DNA of 124,000 nucleotides, from NCBI GenBank assembly GCA_951406725.2, contig OX597817.1, positions 87,812,001 through 87,936,000 on the forward strand, given 5' to 3'. The notes under the pieces are model-generated. The model ran no database searches. It was not told the origin of the DNA and was given only the letters and a program-made list of their open reading frames with translations. The position numbers were made by a program, and so were the translations under genes. This DNA comes from Octopus vulgaris. Taxonomy: Eukaryota. Shown here in pieces: positions 42,142 to 57,654 of the stretch. Numbering within the stretch: the stretch's first letter is position 1; each line of letters opens with the position of its first letter.

Positions 42142-42662
42142 GTTAGTGTATTTATGGTCATATAATTTGTGCTAATATATTTATGTTACTGTAATATAGT
42201 TTGTATTAATATGTAATTTGGGTAAATATATTTGTGTTAATTTTTGTAAATATATTTTGTTGATATATTTGTGTTAATATAATGATAAATTTTGTCAAAA
42301 ATCACTTATTATAAACAAATACTCCATCTTGAAGGAATTAATATCCTTATTACAAGAGAGGCTAAAATCACCTTTAATGAACAGACACAAATGTACACTG
42401 AAATATGAAACAACTAAAAGGAAAATAAAATATTCCTCATTCTTTTCTTAGTCCATAGTTCTTGTCAGCCTTATCTTCATCTCCCAGAGTGACACTTACA
42501 TATTGCTTAATTTCACTACCTAAATATACACAGTTTACTGCTTTTATAGCAATTGTACTGTTTCTGCTTATTTCCAGCATTCTAGTCTATTCATGGAACT
42601 TGCAGATAAAATACAGACATCTCCAACATTATGGAAGAGTTGCATTTTTGAAAATCTTGCCT

Positions 42663-42882
42663 TTAACCCTTTAGCATTCAGATTATTCTGTCAAATGCAA
42701 TACCCATTCGTTCATACTGATTTGAACTAATCTTGCATTGTCTCATAGCTTTGGGATTTCAGTGATGTGATTATTTATGTTTAGAATGACATTGTTTGAG
42801 AGGCTAGATCTGACCAGTTTGAACATAAAACAAATAGAAAATTTGGGGCTAGATATGGCCAGTTTAAATGCTAAAGTGTCAA
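42663..42882. mobile_element. TTAA-flanked piggyBac-type MITE family B (other copies near 10925, 11413, 57210, 67615, 76740, 87529)
   Basis: TIR ttaaccctttagcatt / aatgctaaag(g)gttaa; conserved internal ggccagatctggcc. Confidence 0.75.
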
Positions 42883-44991
42883 CATGGAATTCAGCGATGG
42901 CAAATCTATTTTCCTATTTCCTTCTCTGTTGTTTTAGATAGTTGTACAAATAGTTTCATAAAGTACATACATGACTTTATTTTATTTCAATAGCTGCAGT
43001 CTTTAATCTATCAAGGCTGATTAAGTGGATTTGTCAGCATACCATTTTCATATCAAAAGTACAAAGGAGCAAACCACTTCAGGATTATAAATATTTATAG
43101 AGATGCTCATGCTATTTTTAAAGACTTTAAGTAAGAATTTTGGTGTGTTTTTCAATATTGAAGCATCAGTAGGCTTCATCTCCAAATGTTTATTAAACCA
43201 GATGGTGACTACAAAAATACAGCCTCTTCATTCCCTTGCTTGAGTGATCTCATTTAATCACTTCCAGATACTACATTGGTTTTATCCTGTATCAGTTAGC
43301 AACTTCAGTTTTATCCAGTGTCAGCAACATCAGTTTTACCCTGTGTCAATTAGTAACATTCTCCAGAAAATTTTATAGAATACATATATATAGACCCAAG
43401 ATATAGTCTGCCATATCAATAGTTAAGAAAAAAGTTTTGACGATTTAGGATTTCAAGAAGAAATTTAATTCAAATATTATATTCAAAATGTAATTTAAGG
43501 TTACATGTTCTTCATAATTTGTGGCCACTGAACAGTTCTTTGATATCACTCTTTGATTGATAAATAGAGAAATGTCTGCACATTATAAATGTAACAGCAA
43601 CATCGTCATCAACATCTGAATATTCCTCTCCAATTTAACTAATACCATTAGTCTACATATCTTTTGTAGATATTCTTATTTAATGAAACCATTTGTAAGT
43701 GTATTTAATTTCTGCGTGCTTAATGTAACTCTTCAAAGTAGTCTCCAGAATATTGTTGAGATATTTAATTTATTTCTTGCCAACATATTCTTTATCAAAC
43801 ATGACAGCAAGATACTATCTGAATTTTGTCATTAATCAAATAGACAGAAAGCAGAAAAGAAAAAGAAATTAAACCAAAAAAATACTGTTTTTGCATCATG
43901 TACAACAAGTAGAAACTATGATTAAATCTTCTTGTTAAGAAAATATGATATTTGATAGTAAAAAAATTGGTTCAATGAAATACATAAAACTTTCTAAAAT
44001 TGAAATAATTATAATTATTAAAAGTGTGATGATGTGAACTGAGCATTGATTTATGGCTAGGTTCAGTTCCAATTTATACACTCATCTATTATTTATATAT
44101 TTAAATATATATTTATTTATGTTGCTGATATATTATATAAAGCATTTTTCATAAAATTGAATTTCATTAAAAATTTCAAAAAGACTTCTGAGTAAAGTAT
44201 GTGAGAAAACCTCAAATAATTATAATTACTCATCTTTTGAAATAGTTTACAAAGTTTGTCATTTAATTTGTTTTTGTATTCTAAGATGAGGAATGGAAGC
44301 TTGGATAGTTTTAGAAACCAGACAATTAGATCAATTATAAGAGTAAATATTTTTACAACCAGAAACCCCAGCAAAGTCTAAAGTTAATTGCTTGTCATTT
44401 AAAGTAGGGCTTATGTACATGGGTCTTGCCTATAAATAGAACAGAGAAGCTGCAACTTACTTGAAATAGCAGCTTAGTCTCTTTGAAATCATTACCTACC
44501 ATCTTAAAAATGGAAGGCTGTGTCCGATAATAGAGATTGCTATGCACCAACTGGGTCTACTTGCCTCCCAACTTCTGTAGCTTCTACATATTCTCTGTTC
44601 ATACTGACAAAACCAAACAGCAAACTGCCTTGTATATGTTCTTCTTGTTACACTGTTCCACAAACACAGCATCATAAAGTTTGCAGCACTTTCCCAAATC
44701 AACTCACATCAGCTATCTGTCAACTATAGGCCTCATAGCCGTAAATCAACAGCACTGCCTAGGGAACAATTATGAATTAATCTATAATCCTGTTATCTAA
44801 ATATTACCAGTTTAACTGCTGTAATCTTGTAAACATCACTTGGACATGTCTGTTGAAGAAGGCTTGCAGCAATTTAACTAAAGAGTTGATTGTTACAATC
44901 ATATATATAATTAACCTAGGGCAAGTGTCTTCTAATACAGACTCAAGTCAACCAAGGCTTTGTGAGTAAATTTGACTGAAAGAAGCCTGTC

Positions 44992-45027
<36 letters not shown>

Positions 45028-45666
45028 GTGTGTATGTGTCTTTGTGTCTATATTTTATTGTCCCCTACCACCACTTGACAACTGGTGTTGGTGTGTTTAC
45101 ATCCCTGTAACTTAGTTGTTTTAGAAAAAGATACTGAGAGACTAAGTACTGGGGTAAATTTGCTCAACTAAGATTCTTCAAGGCAGTGTCCCTGCTTGGT
45201 CACAATCTAATGGATGAAACAGGTGAAAGATACATAGAAAATACATATCATGTGAACATGTGACCGACCAGGTTATCAGATGTTGTTACACATCACTGGT
45301 CACAATGCACTTTTGCATTATTTTAGCATTCAAATGACGCTACCCCACTGGCTAAGCAAGCAGGCCAGCATTTCCCCTTGATTGAAAGGGAGACTGGAGC
45401 AACATGAAATTGAAGTGTTTTGCTCAAGAACATAACACATCATCCAATTAGGGAATCAAACCCATGATCTAGTGATTGTAAAAGCAACAGCCTAACCACT
45501 TGACCACACACCTTCACAAAAAAATATATATATATATCACACTAAATATGCATTTTTTCCTGTTTCTACATGACTTGTTTAAACATTTCATTTAGAACTT
45601 GTATAATTCTAGTCTCTTTCCTAAATATTTCTTTGACCACCCTCTCTCTTTCACTCTCTTTTAAAG

Positions 45667-45804
45667 ACTCCTCAAGATCTCTATATTACTCTTCTGACCA
45701 ACTACAATATGCTGTAATGGTTCATTCAATGTCTGTTCTTGGCTGTCTCCTTTTATTCAAAGCTGGCCGGCAGTTGTTTCCAGTTCATATGTTGGACATG
45801 CTCA
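45667..45804 (+). CDS. TBC1D32: TBC1D32 exon (DSSRSLYYSSDQLQYAVMVHSMSVLGCLLLFKAGRQLFPVHMLDML), phase 1 to 1
   Basis: cttttaaag acceptor, gtaagt donor; resembles [31 protein letters not shown]. Confidence 0.93.
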
Positions 45805-47299
45805 GTAAGTTCTGTTCTTATTCTTTAAATTCCATCTGTTACCAACACAAATATGGCTATTGTTTATGTTGATGATTACTTTCTTTTTTGCTATTTTACT
45901 GTAAAAGGTAAATTACAAGGGTTTAAATATGTACATACATGAATACATATATACGTACATATATGTATGTAGGTGCATTAAAGTGTCGGGCTCATAATCA
46001 TGAGGTAGTGAGTTTGATTCCTGGACTGGGCTGTGTGTTGCATTCTTGAGCGAGACACTTTATTTCACATTGCTCCAGTTCACTCAGCTGTAGAAATGAG
46101 TTGTGACATCACTGGTGCCAAATTGTATTAGCCTTTGCCTTTCCCATGGCTAACATCAGTGGCATTGAAAGGGAGGCTGGGATGCATAGGTAACTGCTGG
46201 TCTTCCATAAACAACCTTACCTGGACTTGTGCCTCAGAGTGTAACTTTTTAGGTGCAATCCCATGGTCATTCATGATCACAGGGGGTCTTTTCCCTGTAT
46301 ATATGTGTGTGTGTGTGTGTGTGTAAAGCTAATAAATAACAACGACATCAAGGTATTAGTGCATTACGACCATTTCAGGCAGCTCCATTTAATCAAACAA
46401 TACAAGCATTACATCAGTCTGAAAGATGCTGCCATCTTCAGATGCAAAATATAGGTTTTCAACATACAGGAGACTCCATTATAATTTTTAGCAAATATTT
46501 CATCAGAACTAGAGAATGAAAGAATTACATGCTGCTATTACTGTAGCAGAATGAACTTAGAGAGAAGAATACCCCAACTATAATTTGGAGTGGCAGAAGA
46601 GAATAACTGGGGGTCATGAGATAGTAATTTAGCTACAGTTTTTATCTATATTCTTATTACCATCAAAAGATCTAAAACGACTAGTATACTATGTCCACTA
46701 AGAATTAAAACCACTGGGAGTTGACAGTTAAGTTCAGCTGCTGATAATAAATTTATTATTGTCAGATAGTCTCCCAGACCTTAATTCACTATTGCTATAA
46801 ATTCCTATGACCACATAAAGAAGCAAATCTCAGAAGTCAGTAAGACTTATATTAATTAGTTTGTTTAATTACAATTTTTTCATGGTAGCATGGGTTAGAT
46901 GATGAGTTATTTCAGACAAGATTTTTACAGCCAGATGTTCTTCCTGCTGCCCACCCTTCTCAGTTTTTCAAGTAAGGGATGGGAGTGATGAGATGTATTC
47001 ATCATTTTGTCCATGTTTGCATGGATCTAGTGTGTGTGTAAGCCTATTAATGCATATTGGATGACTCATAGTTTCACAATTTCACAATATCTGGCTGCCA
47101 CACAAATATCTATCAACAGACTCTGTTCCACAAGTATTGAGAATGTGAACATGAGAAAACTTAAAATGAAACTAAATGGAGTAACTGAGATATTATAGTA
47201 TAAATTCATATAAACTGTATGGAGTTATAATTCAGTATACACAAAAAAGTTAAGGGGCTAAATTAACAAAAGAAGAGAAAATATACATTAAAAAATTTG

Positions 47300-48640
47300 T
47301 GTAGTTACAGTTCAGTAGATTTATATAAAATTAATGATATAGCTAAGTTTGGCTCCATAAAGTTTGGAAGTCTCAGACTAAGTATTTAAATATAGTTTTG
47401 ATTATGAATTTCTTAAGATCAGTTTTTTTTTCTGCTGCACTTAGCTCACTTCTATGACTACCATTTTATAAAGACTTGTCCTTTTAAATGATCAAATATA
47501 ATTAAAGGGTTTCATTGTATTCTGTTTTTCAATGTAGCATCTTTGATGGGTATCAAATTTTAGGCTGGTTGAGTTTAAATTCTATCGCAAATAGTATGCT
47601 TCTGTTTTACAAGACTTATCGAGTAGTTAATTGTTGCTATCTCTACATGAATAATTGGCCTCTGTTGATATGGGATGTTTATGGGCTATAATATTCTTCA
47701 TATTAGTAGATGTTACTTTAAGATTATGTCTTTTGAACTGTTTCTTATAAGTTATGGTTTGCAAGGAAGTATTTACTCATAAAATTTAGGAGACTTTTTC
47801 TATGTTAGATTTAGTGTTTCTTCAGAGGCAGATGTAAACAAAATATTTTGATACATTTTTTTTGTCTAGGAGATTCTGAGGCTGGTGATGTACTTGGTCT
47901 TATTTTTAAATCTGTCTGATAGCTATCAAAGAGATTTGATAACTAGAGAGACTATAGTCTATCTAGGCAAAGATTTCAGGCCAAATTTGAAATTCTTCTA
48001 CTTAATTTGTTGATAAAATTTTGAAAATCTAAAACTGGGTGACATGAATCTACATTAATATAATTTCATTTGGTTTTCTAAATTTAAAGGTGAGATCTCT
48101 TAACCCAGATTGAAGATTATTGAATAAATAAAATCTTCCAAAAATGTAATATGTGTAACCTATCCACAGCAGAAAAAATGACAGATCCTAAAATTCTGTA
48201 CAACAAGAATTGTATTTAAATGTTATATCTAATTCTGTTGTGTCTGGGGAGAGTCATTCTCCTTTAGTGCCTCACCGGTAACACACTCACCGGTAAAATT
48301 TCCACTTATTTCTTATTTTTATTGCGTCTTGCAACCTTTTCAATAGTCTTGACTATTGAAAAGGTTGCAAGACAACGAAAATTTTAGGAAGATAAAAATA
48401 AGAAATAAGTGGAAATTTTACCGGTGAGTGTGTTACATTATAAGGCACAAAAAGAAAATGACTCTCCCCAGACACAACAGAATATGCTTCAACACACAAA
48501 CTCATATAAAGAATTTTGCAAACCAAATCCAAAAACGTTATATCTAATGTTTTTTTGGAAAATGCTGTCGTTTCATGAAACTAGGCAGAGCTGTCTTAAA
48601 TTTGTAATTTTGGGAAAATGTATTGGTAGGATATATGTGA
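47300..48640 (-). mobile_element. Highly decayed Penelope-like element remnant, interrupted by a MITE
   Basis: Minus-strand YIEKQNTMKPF-like GIY-YIG remnant near 47500-47620; boundaries approximate. Confidence 0.45.
48232..48483. mobile_element. Fold-back MITE with about 85-bp imperfect arms
   Basis: attctgttgtgtctggggagagtcatt...caccggtaaaatttccacttatttcttatttt versus its reverse complement at 48395-48483. Confidence 0.85.
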
Positions 48641-51600
48641 CTGTATACAGATGATTATGTACACATTCTTACTTAACTTTTAACATTTCTAACCTTATCA
48701 GCATCATAAGCTAACTAGCACTCATGAAATTAACATGCAAGTGGTTGAGCATTCTACAAACACATGTACCCTTAACATCTTAACATAGTTCTCAGGGAGA
48801 TTCAGCATGGCATAGAATGCATCAAGGCTGGCCCTTTGTAAAACAGGTACTACTCATTTTTAGCTATCTGAGTGCACTGGAGCAATGTGAAATAAAATGT
48901 CTTGCTCAAGGGTACAGTGTGTTGCCAGAATCAAACTCATGACCTTACGATCACAAACCAACTACCCTAAACACTAAGCCATGTGCCTTCATATCGGCAC
49001 CATTAATCTTATATTAATCTACTAATTAATTGAAATTACATATATTTTTCTTTTATTTTTGTTCATGGAGCCATAATTGCATAGTTTTTGCTTAATTATA
49101 ACATAGGCTGTCAATTAGTCCATTTAAATTCATTTTAAGTTTTGAATATTTGCATGTACAGGGAGTGGGTATAATTCCTTTCTTTGAGGTGGCAAGTGGG
49201 CAGAATTGCTAACGTCCCAGACAAAATGCTTAGCAACATTTTGCCCATCTTTATGTTCTGAGTTCAAATATTGCCAAAGTTGAATTTACCTTTTGATATC
49301 AAAGAAATAAGTATCAATTGAGCACTGGGGTCTGTGTAATCAACTAATCCTCTCTCCCACAAAATTTCAAGCTTTGTGCCTATAGTAGAATTTTATTGGT
49401 TACTTCCCTTAAACAATATTCTAAGATTCTAATCTATTATAACTGAATCTTTTCAGAATGCATTCTATGCTCCGAATAGAATAATTATAGTTGGAGATGC
49501 CATTAGCATGATTGGTTATGTGTATGTGTGCTTTATGACTGACATACAACCCAAAGATTTCTATCAATTCACTTGCGACAGTTTCAGTTTTTCTTGCCTT
49601 TTGCTTCTTTTTCATTTTCGTCTATGTTGCTGTATTAGTGTATATGTGTATATTTTTATGTCGTTTCACTTGCCGACAGCTTTTATGGTTGAGGAGTTAT
49701 AATATGAGTGGTTATAGTGGCCATATCTGTGATGGATTGGTGTCCCATCCAGCTGGAGGGAACATATACATCATAGAAACCGGGAAACCGGGCCCATGAG
49801 CCTGGCTAAGCTTGAAAAGGGAAACCAGGCCCATGAGCCTGGCTAGGCTTGAAAAGAGCAACGTTTATCGTTTTATAGTGACCATATAGCAGTTTTGACT
49901 GCTGTTTCTAGGCATGTAAGGGTTTTTATAACCCTCTCCATTATAATTGTGATTTATTTACAATTATACATTCTTCTTTTATGATATAATTTTTTAATTG
50001 CATGTTCTGGCCATTGATATATTCATAAATAATTTTGAATTAATAAATCTCTGAATGAGCTATAAACAGTAGCTGCACGACAACGTAAAGTATATTTGCC
50101 ACTTAAATGTGGCTAACCACTAAGGGTGGATGCAACTGTAGCTTGTAGCCCCAGGAGAACATCTTCTCCAGCTGGCTATTGGCACACTTTCTGTGCCCTA
50201 TCAGTATTTGCAAAGAGAAGCCATCCTTCCCATCGTCAACCTGATGTGATACGCACAGACCTGAGTTTCTGGGTATTTACCTGTCGTCAGCGCATGACAA
50301 TCACCTGTCTTCGATGCAAAGGGCATCCAGCTGTAGAAACTTTGCCTGATCAGACTGAACCTGGTGCAGCCTCTGGTTCACCAATCCTCAGTCAAACCGT
50401 CCAACCCATGCCAGCATGGAAAGCAGATGTTAAACGGTGATGATGATATATCATCATCATCATCATCATTTAACGCCTGTCTTCCATGCTAGCATGGGTG
50501 GGACAGTACCACAAGAGAGCCAGCCAAGCTGAAGCCTGCATCAGACTTCTGTGACTGTTTTGGCAGGATTTTTACAGCTGGATTCCCTTCCTAACATCAA
50601 CCACTCAACAGATACTACAGAACGTAATCATCTTGAGAAAAAAATTGAGCATAAGAGGCATCAGATGTTGTGTATAAGTGAGAAGACTGTGCTGGTATGG
50701 TCATGTGATATGTATGGACAAAGACAGCTGCATAAAGAAATGCCAATCTCTAACTGTGGAGAGAGCCTGTGTAAGAGGTAGAACCATGAAGACATGGGAT
50801 GAGGTGGTGAAGCATGATCTTCTGATGTTGGGTTTCATGGAGGCAATGACAAGTGATCGAGTCCTTTAGTGACTTGCTGTGCTTTAGAAGACACGTCAAG
50901 CCAGATGAAATCAAATTCACAGCCAGTGCCAGTGACATAAAGGACACCCCTGGTTGGCATTAAAAAGGGCATCCATCTGTAGAAACTAAGCCAATCAAAC
51001 TGGAACCTGGTGCAACTCTCCAGCTTACCAGTTCCAGTCAAACCATCTAACCTATGCCAGTATGGAGGACGGACATTAACCCTTTTGTTACTGTATTTAT
51101 TTTGAGATGCTCTGTGTTTCTTTCAATCACTTTAAATATAACAAAGAATTTAGCAAAATAACTTAATTATCATTCAGCTAGTGTTAGAAACATAAATTGT
51201 GACTAAGGTTTGGTGAAAGATTTTAATTCCAAACTTATGAAAACAAGACATTTGTACTCAGAGCCAGAGCCGGTTTCAGCCGAGTTGGTAACGAAAGAGT
51301 TAAATGATGATGATAATGATGATGATTATCAGACAAATTTGTTCGCCCCTCCACACACACACACACACATTTATTTTAATCCTTTCCAAGGATATTTGAA
51401 TTAACATGAAAAATATCTTTATCATACTGTTTAGTGTTTTTCTTTTATAGCTTTATACTTCCTCTACAACTATTGTTTATTGTTTTCGGAATTTGAATAA
51501 ACTTTTTGTCTTTTCAGACAAATGACAATGGAGTACCAAGTAGAAAAACATGAGCAAATTGATCTAACAACCCAACAATATTATATGTGTATTATATTTC

Positions 51601-53372
51601 TGTGTGTATTATACTTGCATGTGTGTTTGTGTATAGTATTGTGAAAGTACATGTGTGTGTACATATACAAGAACAAGTACATACATAAAAATACAAAAAC
51701 TATATAATTTCAGTGTGCTTATATGTAGATACAATTGAATTTGTGAGGTCATATATATATGCATGCCTCCACACACAAACACATTTGGACATGCAAAACA
51801 TGGGTATGTCCATGTGTATGTATGCCTGCAGCAGAAACATGTCCATGTCCATATGCTTGCATACACACATGAATATATTTGGACATGCAAAACATGGATG
51901 TGTCCATGTGCATGTATGCCTGCATATAAAAACGTGTATGTCCATATGTTTGCTTGCACTCATGAACATATTTGGAGATGCAAACATGCCTATGTCCAAA
52001 AATGAAAAATGAAAGCAAGACTAGAATTGTTTTGTCTTTATTAATAGAAATTCTTTGGCAAAAAGGACAGTTGAGGTGACAGGAAGAAGATAAATCATTA
52101 TTAATATTTTGAAACACCTTGGTAACAGCAGCTGAAAGAAGAAATGTAATTATAGATGATTAAGACTGATGGCTGTTTATTCTTAACAGAGCACAATTCC
52201 CAGGGCCTCCCTCTGCAGTAGGGTGTGGGGTATAAGTAGAAGAGAGGTGTTAATGAAACCATTTATGCACAGGAAAATAAAAATCTGAGCAAGCAGGTTT
52301 TCTGTGTGTGTTAAAGAAGATTAAATAATGTGAAGTGTTCTGAAAGTAAACACAGATAATTAATAAACAGTGCAGTAGGATAATATAAAAGATTGAAGAA
52401 AAATAATTCAAATAAGCCACAGACTGAAATAAATCAAGTATGTATGGATGCACAGAATGACATACACTGAAAATACTTTATATTTTCCTCTTAGCTGAAG
52501 AAAGAAAATGAAAAGCTGTCAACATTTGTTAACAACTCTCAAAGAAGAGGAGAAAGAAGTGTTTTAATTGAGTTTTCATGTTAAGATGACAATTTTCTTT
52601 TTAGTTCATAGCAACTGTCAGGTTCCAGTCTTAATAGAGCTCATCAGTGAAACATAGATAATATAAACCTTATGTTAAAGTCAGTTAAATTCATTAATTA
52701 TTGGCTTCAAATTTTAGTACAAGGCCAATAATTTCAGGGGACAGGGTAAGTTGATTACATCAACCCCAGTGTTCAACTGGTAATTATTTTATCGACCACC
52801 AAATGATGAAAGGCAAAGTCGACCCAGCAGCATTTGAACTCAAAATGTAGTTAGAAGAAATGCTGCTCAGTAGTAATTATTCTGCCAGCTTGCCACCTTA
52901 ATTTCATTAATTATTGAAAACAAACAGAACTTATATCAGAAATATTTGTCTCACCATAGCAACAAAGAATGCAACAAGAATGCCAATTGTCACCAATCTT
53001 TTGTGAAGTAAATGGCTACGTTTATCAATCAGGCAACAATGAGTATGGTTTCTTTGAATTGTCTTAGTGTATTTATCATATAAATTTACCCTCAGGTTGG
53101 GAAAATTGAATAATAGGGGCAGCTAAGGTTAGTCCTAATTTTAAAACTACTATCTTTTATCTTTTATTTGTTTCAGTCATTGGACTGTTACCATACTGGG
53201 GCACTACATCAAAGAGTTTAGTTGAACAAATTGACCCCAATACTTATTTTTCAAAGTCTGGTTCTTATTCCATTAGTTCCTTTTGCTGAACCACTATATT
53301 ACAAGGTTGTAGACAAATGAAGTGGTTGGGATATAAACACAAGCACAATAACATATGGGCATGCGCACACAT

Positions 53373-53407
<35 letters not shown>

Positions 53408-56400
53408 GCCTATGTATGATGGGCTTTTTTCAGTCTCTGTCAACCAGATCAATTTTACCTTGGATTAAACTTTTGTCATAAGCCATCACCTTTTAGTTTG
53501 TTTAAACTTAGAGAATACTTGTATAAAAGGAAGTTATTATGTTAAACCTCCTGCTGCAGTGGAAGTTTAAGATTAGAAGAGGGAAATAATTATTTTACTG
53601 TTTTGTAATCCTGAAAGGAAATTTCTCTCTCCCAAGACAATTTTCATAGCTAAAGTCTTTTCACATTTGAATGTAAACAACTGTGCTAAATATTTGTTTC
53701 AATTAATACTGCTTCTATGTCTCTGTTGATGTAAGATAGGAATTAAAATCTGTCAAAATAGGGAATAGTTGCTGGTGGATTTAAACAAGAAACCACAAGA
53801 TTTAGCTGAGTGAACACTAAGGGGAAATCCATGTAATCAATATACTAGATATGATTTAATTCCTGGTAACAATCTGTTGCTGCTACATGTTTAATCAACG
53901 TACTTCTGTGAATCTCTCAACTACTTTTTTCATTCTCTATCGTTTTGCCTTTAACTACCATTTTCCATTAAAAGTTTGAAATAAAACCATTGATGAGGTT
54001 TGATGAAAGCCAATATATAAACGAGTGATTTGAAATGGTTTACTAAGTAGTTAGGGTCAGCAGAGCATATTTTTAATTTCAGTGAACTGTATGATTTAAA
54101 TGAGTAACAAGGACATATATCAGTTCTTCACTTTAGAAAATGCTGAGTAAGAAAGCAGTTTGACCTTTTAGTAGCATTACAAAGCTGGTAAAGGCCTCAA
54201 GTTAGATTGGAATAGAGTCAGTCATATACCTTAAGTAAATTCCATACAAGAGTTTCTACTTCAGTAACTGAGATAATAGCATGGTTGCTATAAATGATCG
54301 TTGAATGAATGGAAAGAGAAAATTACATGTGATTTTAACAGTGGCATGTAGAGTAGCAACAGAAAAACTGTCCAACATGGCAATAATATCATTGATATTG
54401 ATGTAGTGGAAATTATCAAAACAAAGAACTAGATTTAACTGGTTGATTGATAAAGGCTTTGGTTAGTAAAGATTCTGAATAGGAAGTGTGTTTAAGTTAA
54501 TGTAACATTCTTTTCTACCGTGGTCATTAAAAAAAGGATCAGTTGAGTGTCAGATAGGATACTTCCCAATGTTTGTTCCAGATGTCTGCATTCTGTGTTC
54601 AAATCCTGCAGAGCTCAACTTTACTTTTCATCCTTTTTGGGTTGATATAAAAATAAACCATCCAAGCTAGTAATTTGATAGAATGTTGGACCAGATGTCT
54701 TGCAATATTTCTTCTGGCCTTTTGCATTCTGAGCTTGAATCCCTACATAGCCTATGTGGGTGGTAGACTTAATCTGTTGCCCAGTTTAACACAACCACCT
54801 GGCACCTACGTTAACTCTTGCATATCCAAGGTGCTAGATTATCTACTGTGTTGCATGTATTGAGGCCAGGTTTTTGGTTTGAGGATCTCTTCCTCCCTTC
54901 CCACTGCAAGTCATCAACACTGCCTTTCTTCCTAGCTAAAAAGTTAAGGAAAAAATATAAACAGTCAAAAGAAGATTAATTTTTGGTTCATTCAAGGCAG
55001 TGAGCTGACAGAATCATTAGGATGACAAGCAAAATGTTTAGCAGCATTTCATCCACCTTTATGTTCTGAGTTCAAATTCTGCCAAGGTCGACTGCTTTTC
55101 ATCCTTTCAGGGTCAATAAAATAAGTACCAGTTGAATGTTGGGATCAATTTAATCTACTTATCTCCTCCTCAAAATTACTGGCCTTGTGCCAAAATTTGA
55201 AATCAATAATTGATTCATTCAATCTGTAAAATATTTTAGGAGGGTGGATATTTTATAAATTACCTGTAGAACAGAGTTTGTTCAACTAGTGTTGACAGTC
55301 ATCAAAAAACCACCAAGTGAGAACTTTTCTCTTGAAAGTTACTTAACCTGCCAACATTGCAGCAGATTTTCTCACTTATCTTTACTAGATTAAGGACAGG
55401 TGCTATATGTTCTACATGTTAAAATATGTCTACTTTAAGTGGATTTATCTTTGATATATAAGTAAAAATAATGATAATGAATAAAATATTAATTTGCACT
55501 AAATTAATGAGATACTGTCCTACAGTTTGTAGTTCATCGATGAACCACAAGAGAATGAGACGTCATCATCATCATCATCATATGTCTCTTTTTCTATGTT
55601 AGCATGGGTTGGACAGTTCAACATGAACTGACAAGTGGGAGGGTTGTACTAAGCTCTAATGTCTACTTTGGCATGGTTTCTACATTCTACAGCTGGAAGC
55701 CCTTCATGATACCAACCACTTAGTCACCAAATATCCACAAGACAAAACCCCTCGAGCAAGTGCCCTGCTAAAGAGGTAAATACATGTCTTGCCCATCTGG
55801 AAAGAGAGAGATCTGAGGTCAAGGTGCAAGGTGAAAGTGAAAGAAAGAATACAATAGAGGAACAGAAACTGTGGTTGGGTAAGTAAGTGCACTATGGGGA
55901 AAATAGTGTGACAGATGATTAGAGATAAGGGAGTGAACTGGATGAGTTGAATATCATTTTAGGGGAGGGGGGAGTGAAGGAAAGAAATAGGAGCCGGTCA
56001 AGGGAAGAGGAGATGTCATCATCATCATCATTATCATTTAATGTCTCTTTTTCTATGTTAGCTTGGGTTGGACAGTTAACATGAACTGATATTTGAGAGG
56101 GTTGTACTAAGCATCAGTATTTAACATCCGTTTTCTGTGATGGCATGGGTTGGATGGCTTGACAGGAGCTGGCAAGGCCAGGGGCCACACCTGACTCCAT
56201 AGTTTGTTTTGGTTTGGTTTCTACAGCTGGATACCCTTCCTAATGCCAACCAATTTACAGAGTGTACTGGGTGCTTTTTATGTGGCACCTGCACCAAGAG
56301 ACAGTAATTTCAGGTTTGAGTCCTCTTTTGGCAAGTTAAATTTTAAATCTATCTAGGGGTTGAAATAGATTGAAATAATGAAATAACTAAATAAGAATGA

Positions 56401-56584
56401 TGTTATAAAAAGAGAAGTAATAAAGCAAGAATGTAATCCATTCAAGCTTTCCAAAACTTTCTTTTGCCTTGTTCTTTGATCATAAAACCTTGTCATTTAT
56501 CAAATTTTTGGATATTATTTTTCAATAATTTAAAATTATTTATTTTAAAAACTGTCCATTAACAGTCAAATTTACTTTTTTCAG

Positions 56585-56668
56585 TTTCTGTCAATGTAAC
56601 TCAACTTCTCCTGTTCATGTGTAATTTCATTGTCACACCTATATTTCCTTCAGATATATCTCATTGTG
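56585..56668 (+). CDS. TBC1D32: TBC1D32 exon (ISVNVTQLLLFMCNFIVTPIFPSDISHC), phase 1 to 1
   Basis: ttttttcag acceptor, gtaagt donor; resembles LVSLIDLLVLFTQLIYYSP. Confidence 0.88.
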
Positions 56669-57654
56669 GTAAGTACTTAATGCTCTAACATTATTCCATT
56701 TATCACCAAAGTGAGAATTTAATGCCATTTGTGTTTAGATTTAGGAAAACCTTTGTCTTTTAAATCGTACTTGGATCCCACTACATTTAATTTCAAGGCA
56801 TGTTGTATGTTGTTGCCCAGTATGTCTAGTTTCACTGAAACACATATGGATTAGTAAGCAATGTCTAAGAACAAAATACACTTTTCTAGAAGCAATTACA
56901 TGCTTATTTTTAATTTTCCATAACATTTCATTTTAATCAAGGTTAGTGACTTCTGTTTCCTTTATAAGTATTGTCTTGAACATAGTGAGTATTTGCCTAG
57001 ATTTAAAGAATTCCCACAACTAGTTTCAATCATACATACTCTCTGCTAAGATTCTATAATCATTTCTGTTGAAGAGTCATAACTTATATAAAGAACCTGA
57101 TGAGGGTTTCTTGTAAAATTGACCTTGGTTTCTGTGTGTTGAGACAGTGTTCCTATGTATGATTATAATAGCACTGTCAACATTATAAGATCACCTGTGA
57201 CATCATTATTCCTTTAGCATTCTGTCAAATGTAGTAGTTATTATGCAGACTGTTTCCAATTATGTGTCATCTTGTAGCTTTGAAATTTCAATGATGTGAT
57301 TGCATATTTTTAGAATGACATTGTAGGGTAGATGTGAGAGGCCAGATCTGGCTGGTTTGAACATTAAAGAAAGTGACCATTTTGGCCAGATATGGTCTGG
57401 TTTAAATGCTAAAGAGTTAATTTGGTTTATATCCCAAGAAATATGTCTTTCTCATCATTTTCCAGAAGATAACACCTATACAGGGATGGTGTTCACATTT
57501 TGACCTGAATGATGACATCTAACATGACATTTCTATTTTCGTCGGTTAGATATTGACTGTTGTATGTCATCACACTTGACACTGATAGTTCTTCAAATCT
57601 GTGAAGAAATATCTCACAGCAGACACATTTGAAAATCATAATTTAATTTTCACT

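Noticed and set aside
51518-51590. Strong acceptor followed by apparent coding sequence
   Set aside because: In the incoming phase it hits TGA after two codons, and there is no convincing donor.
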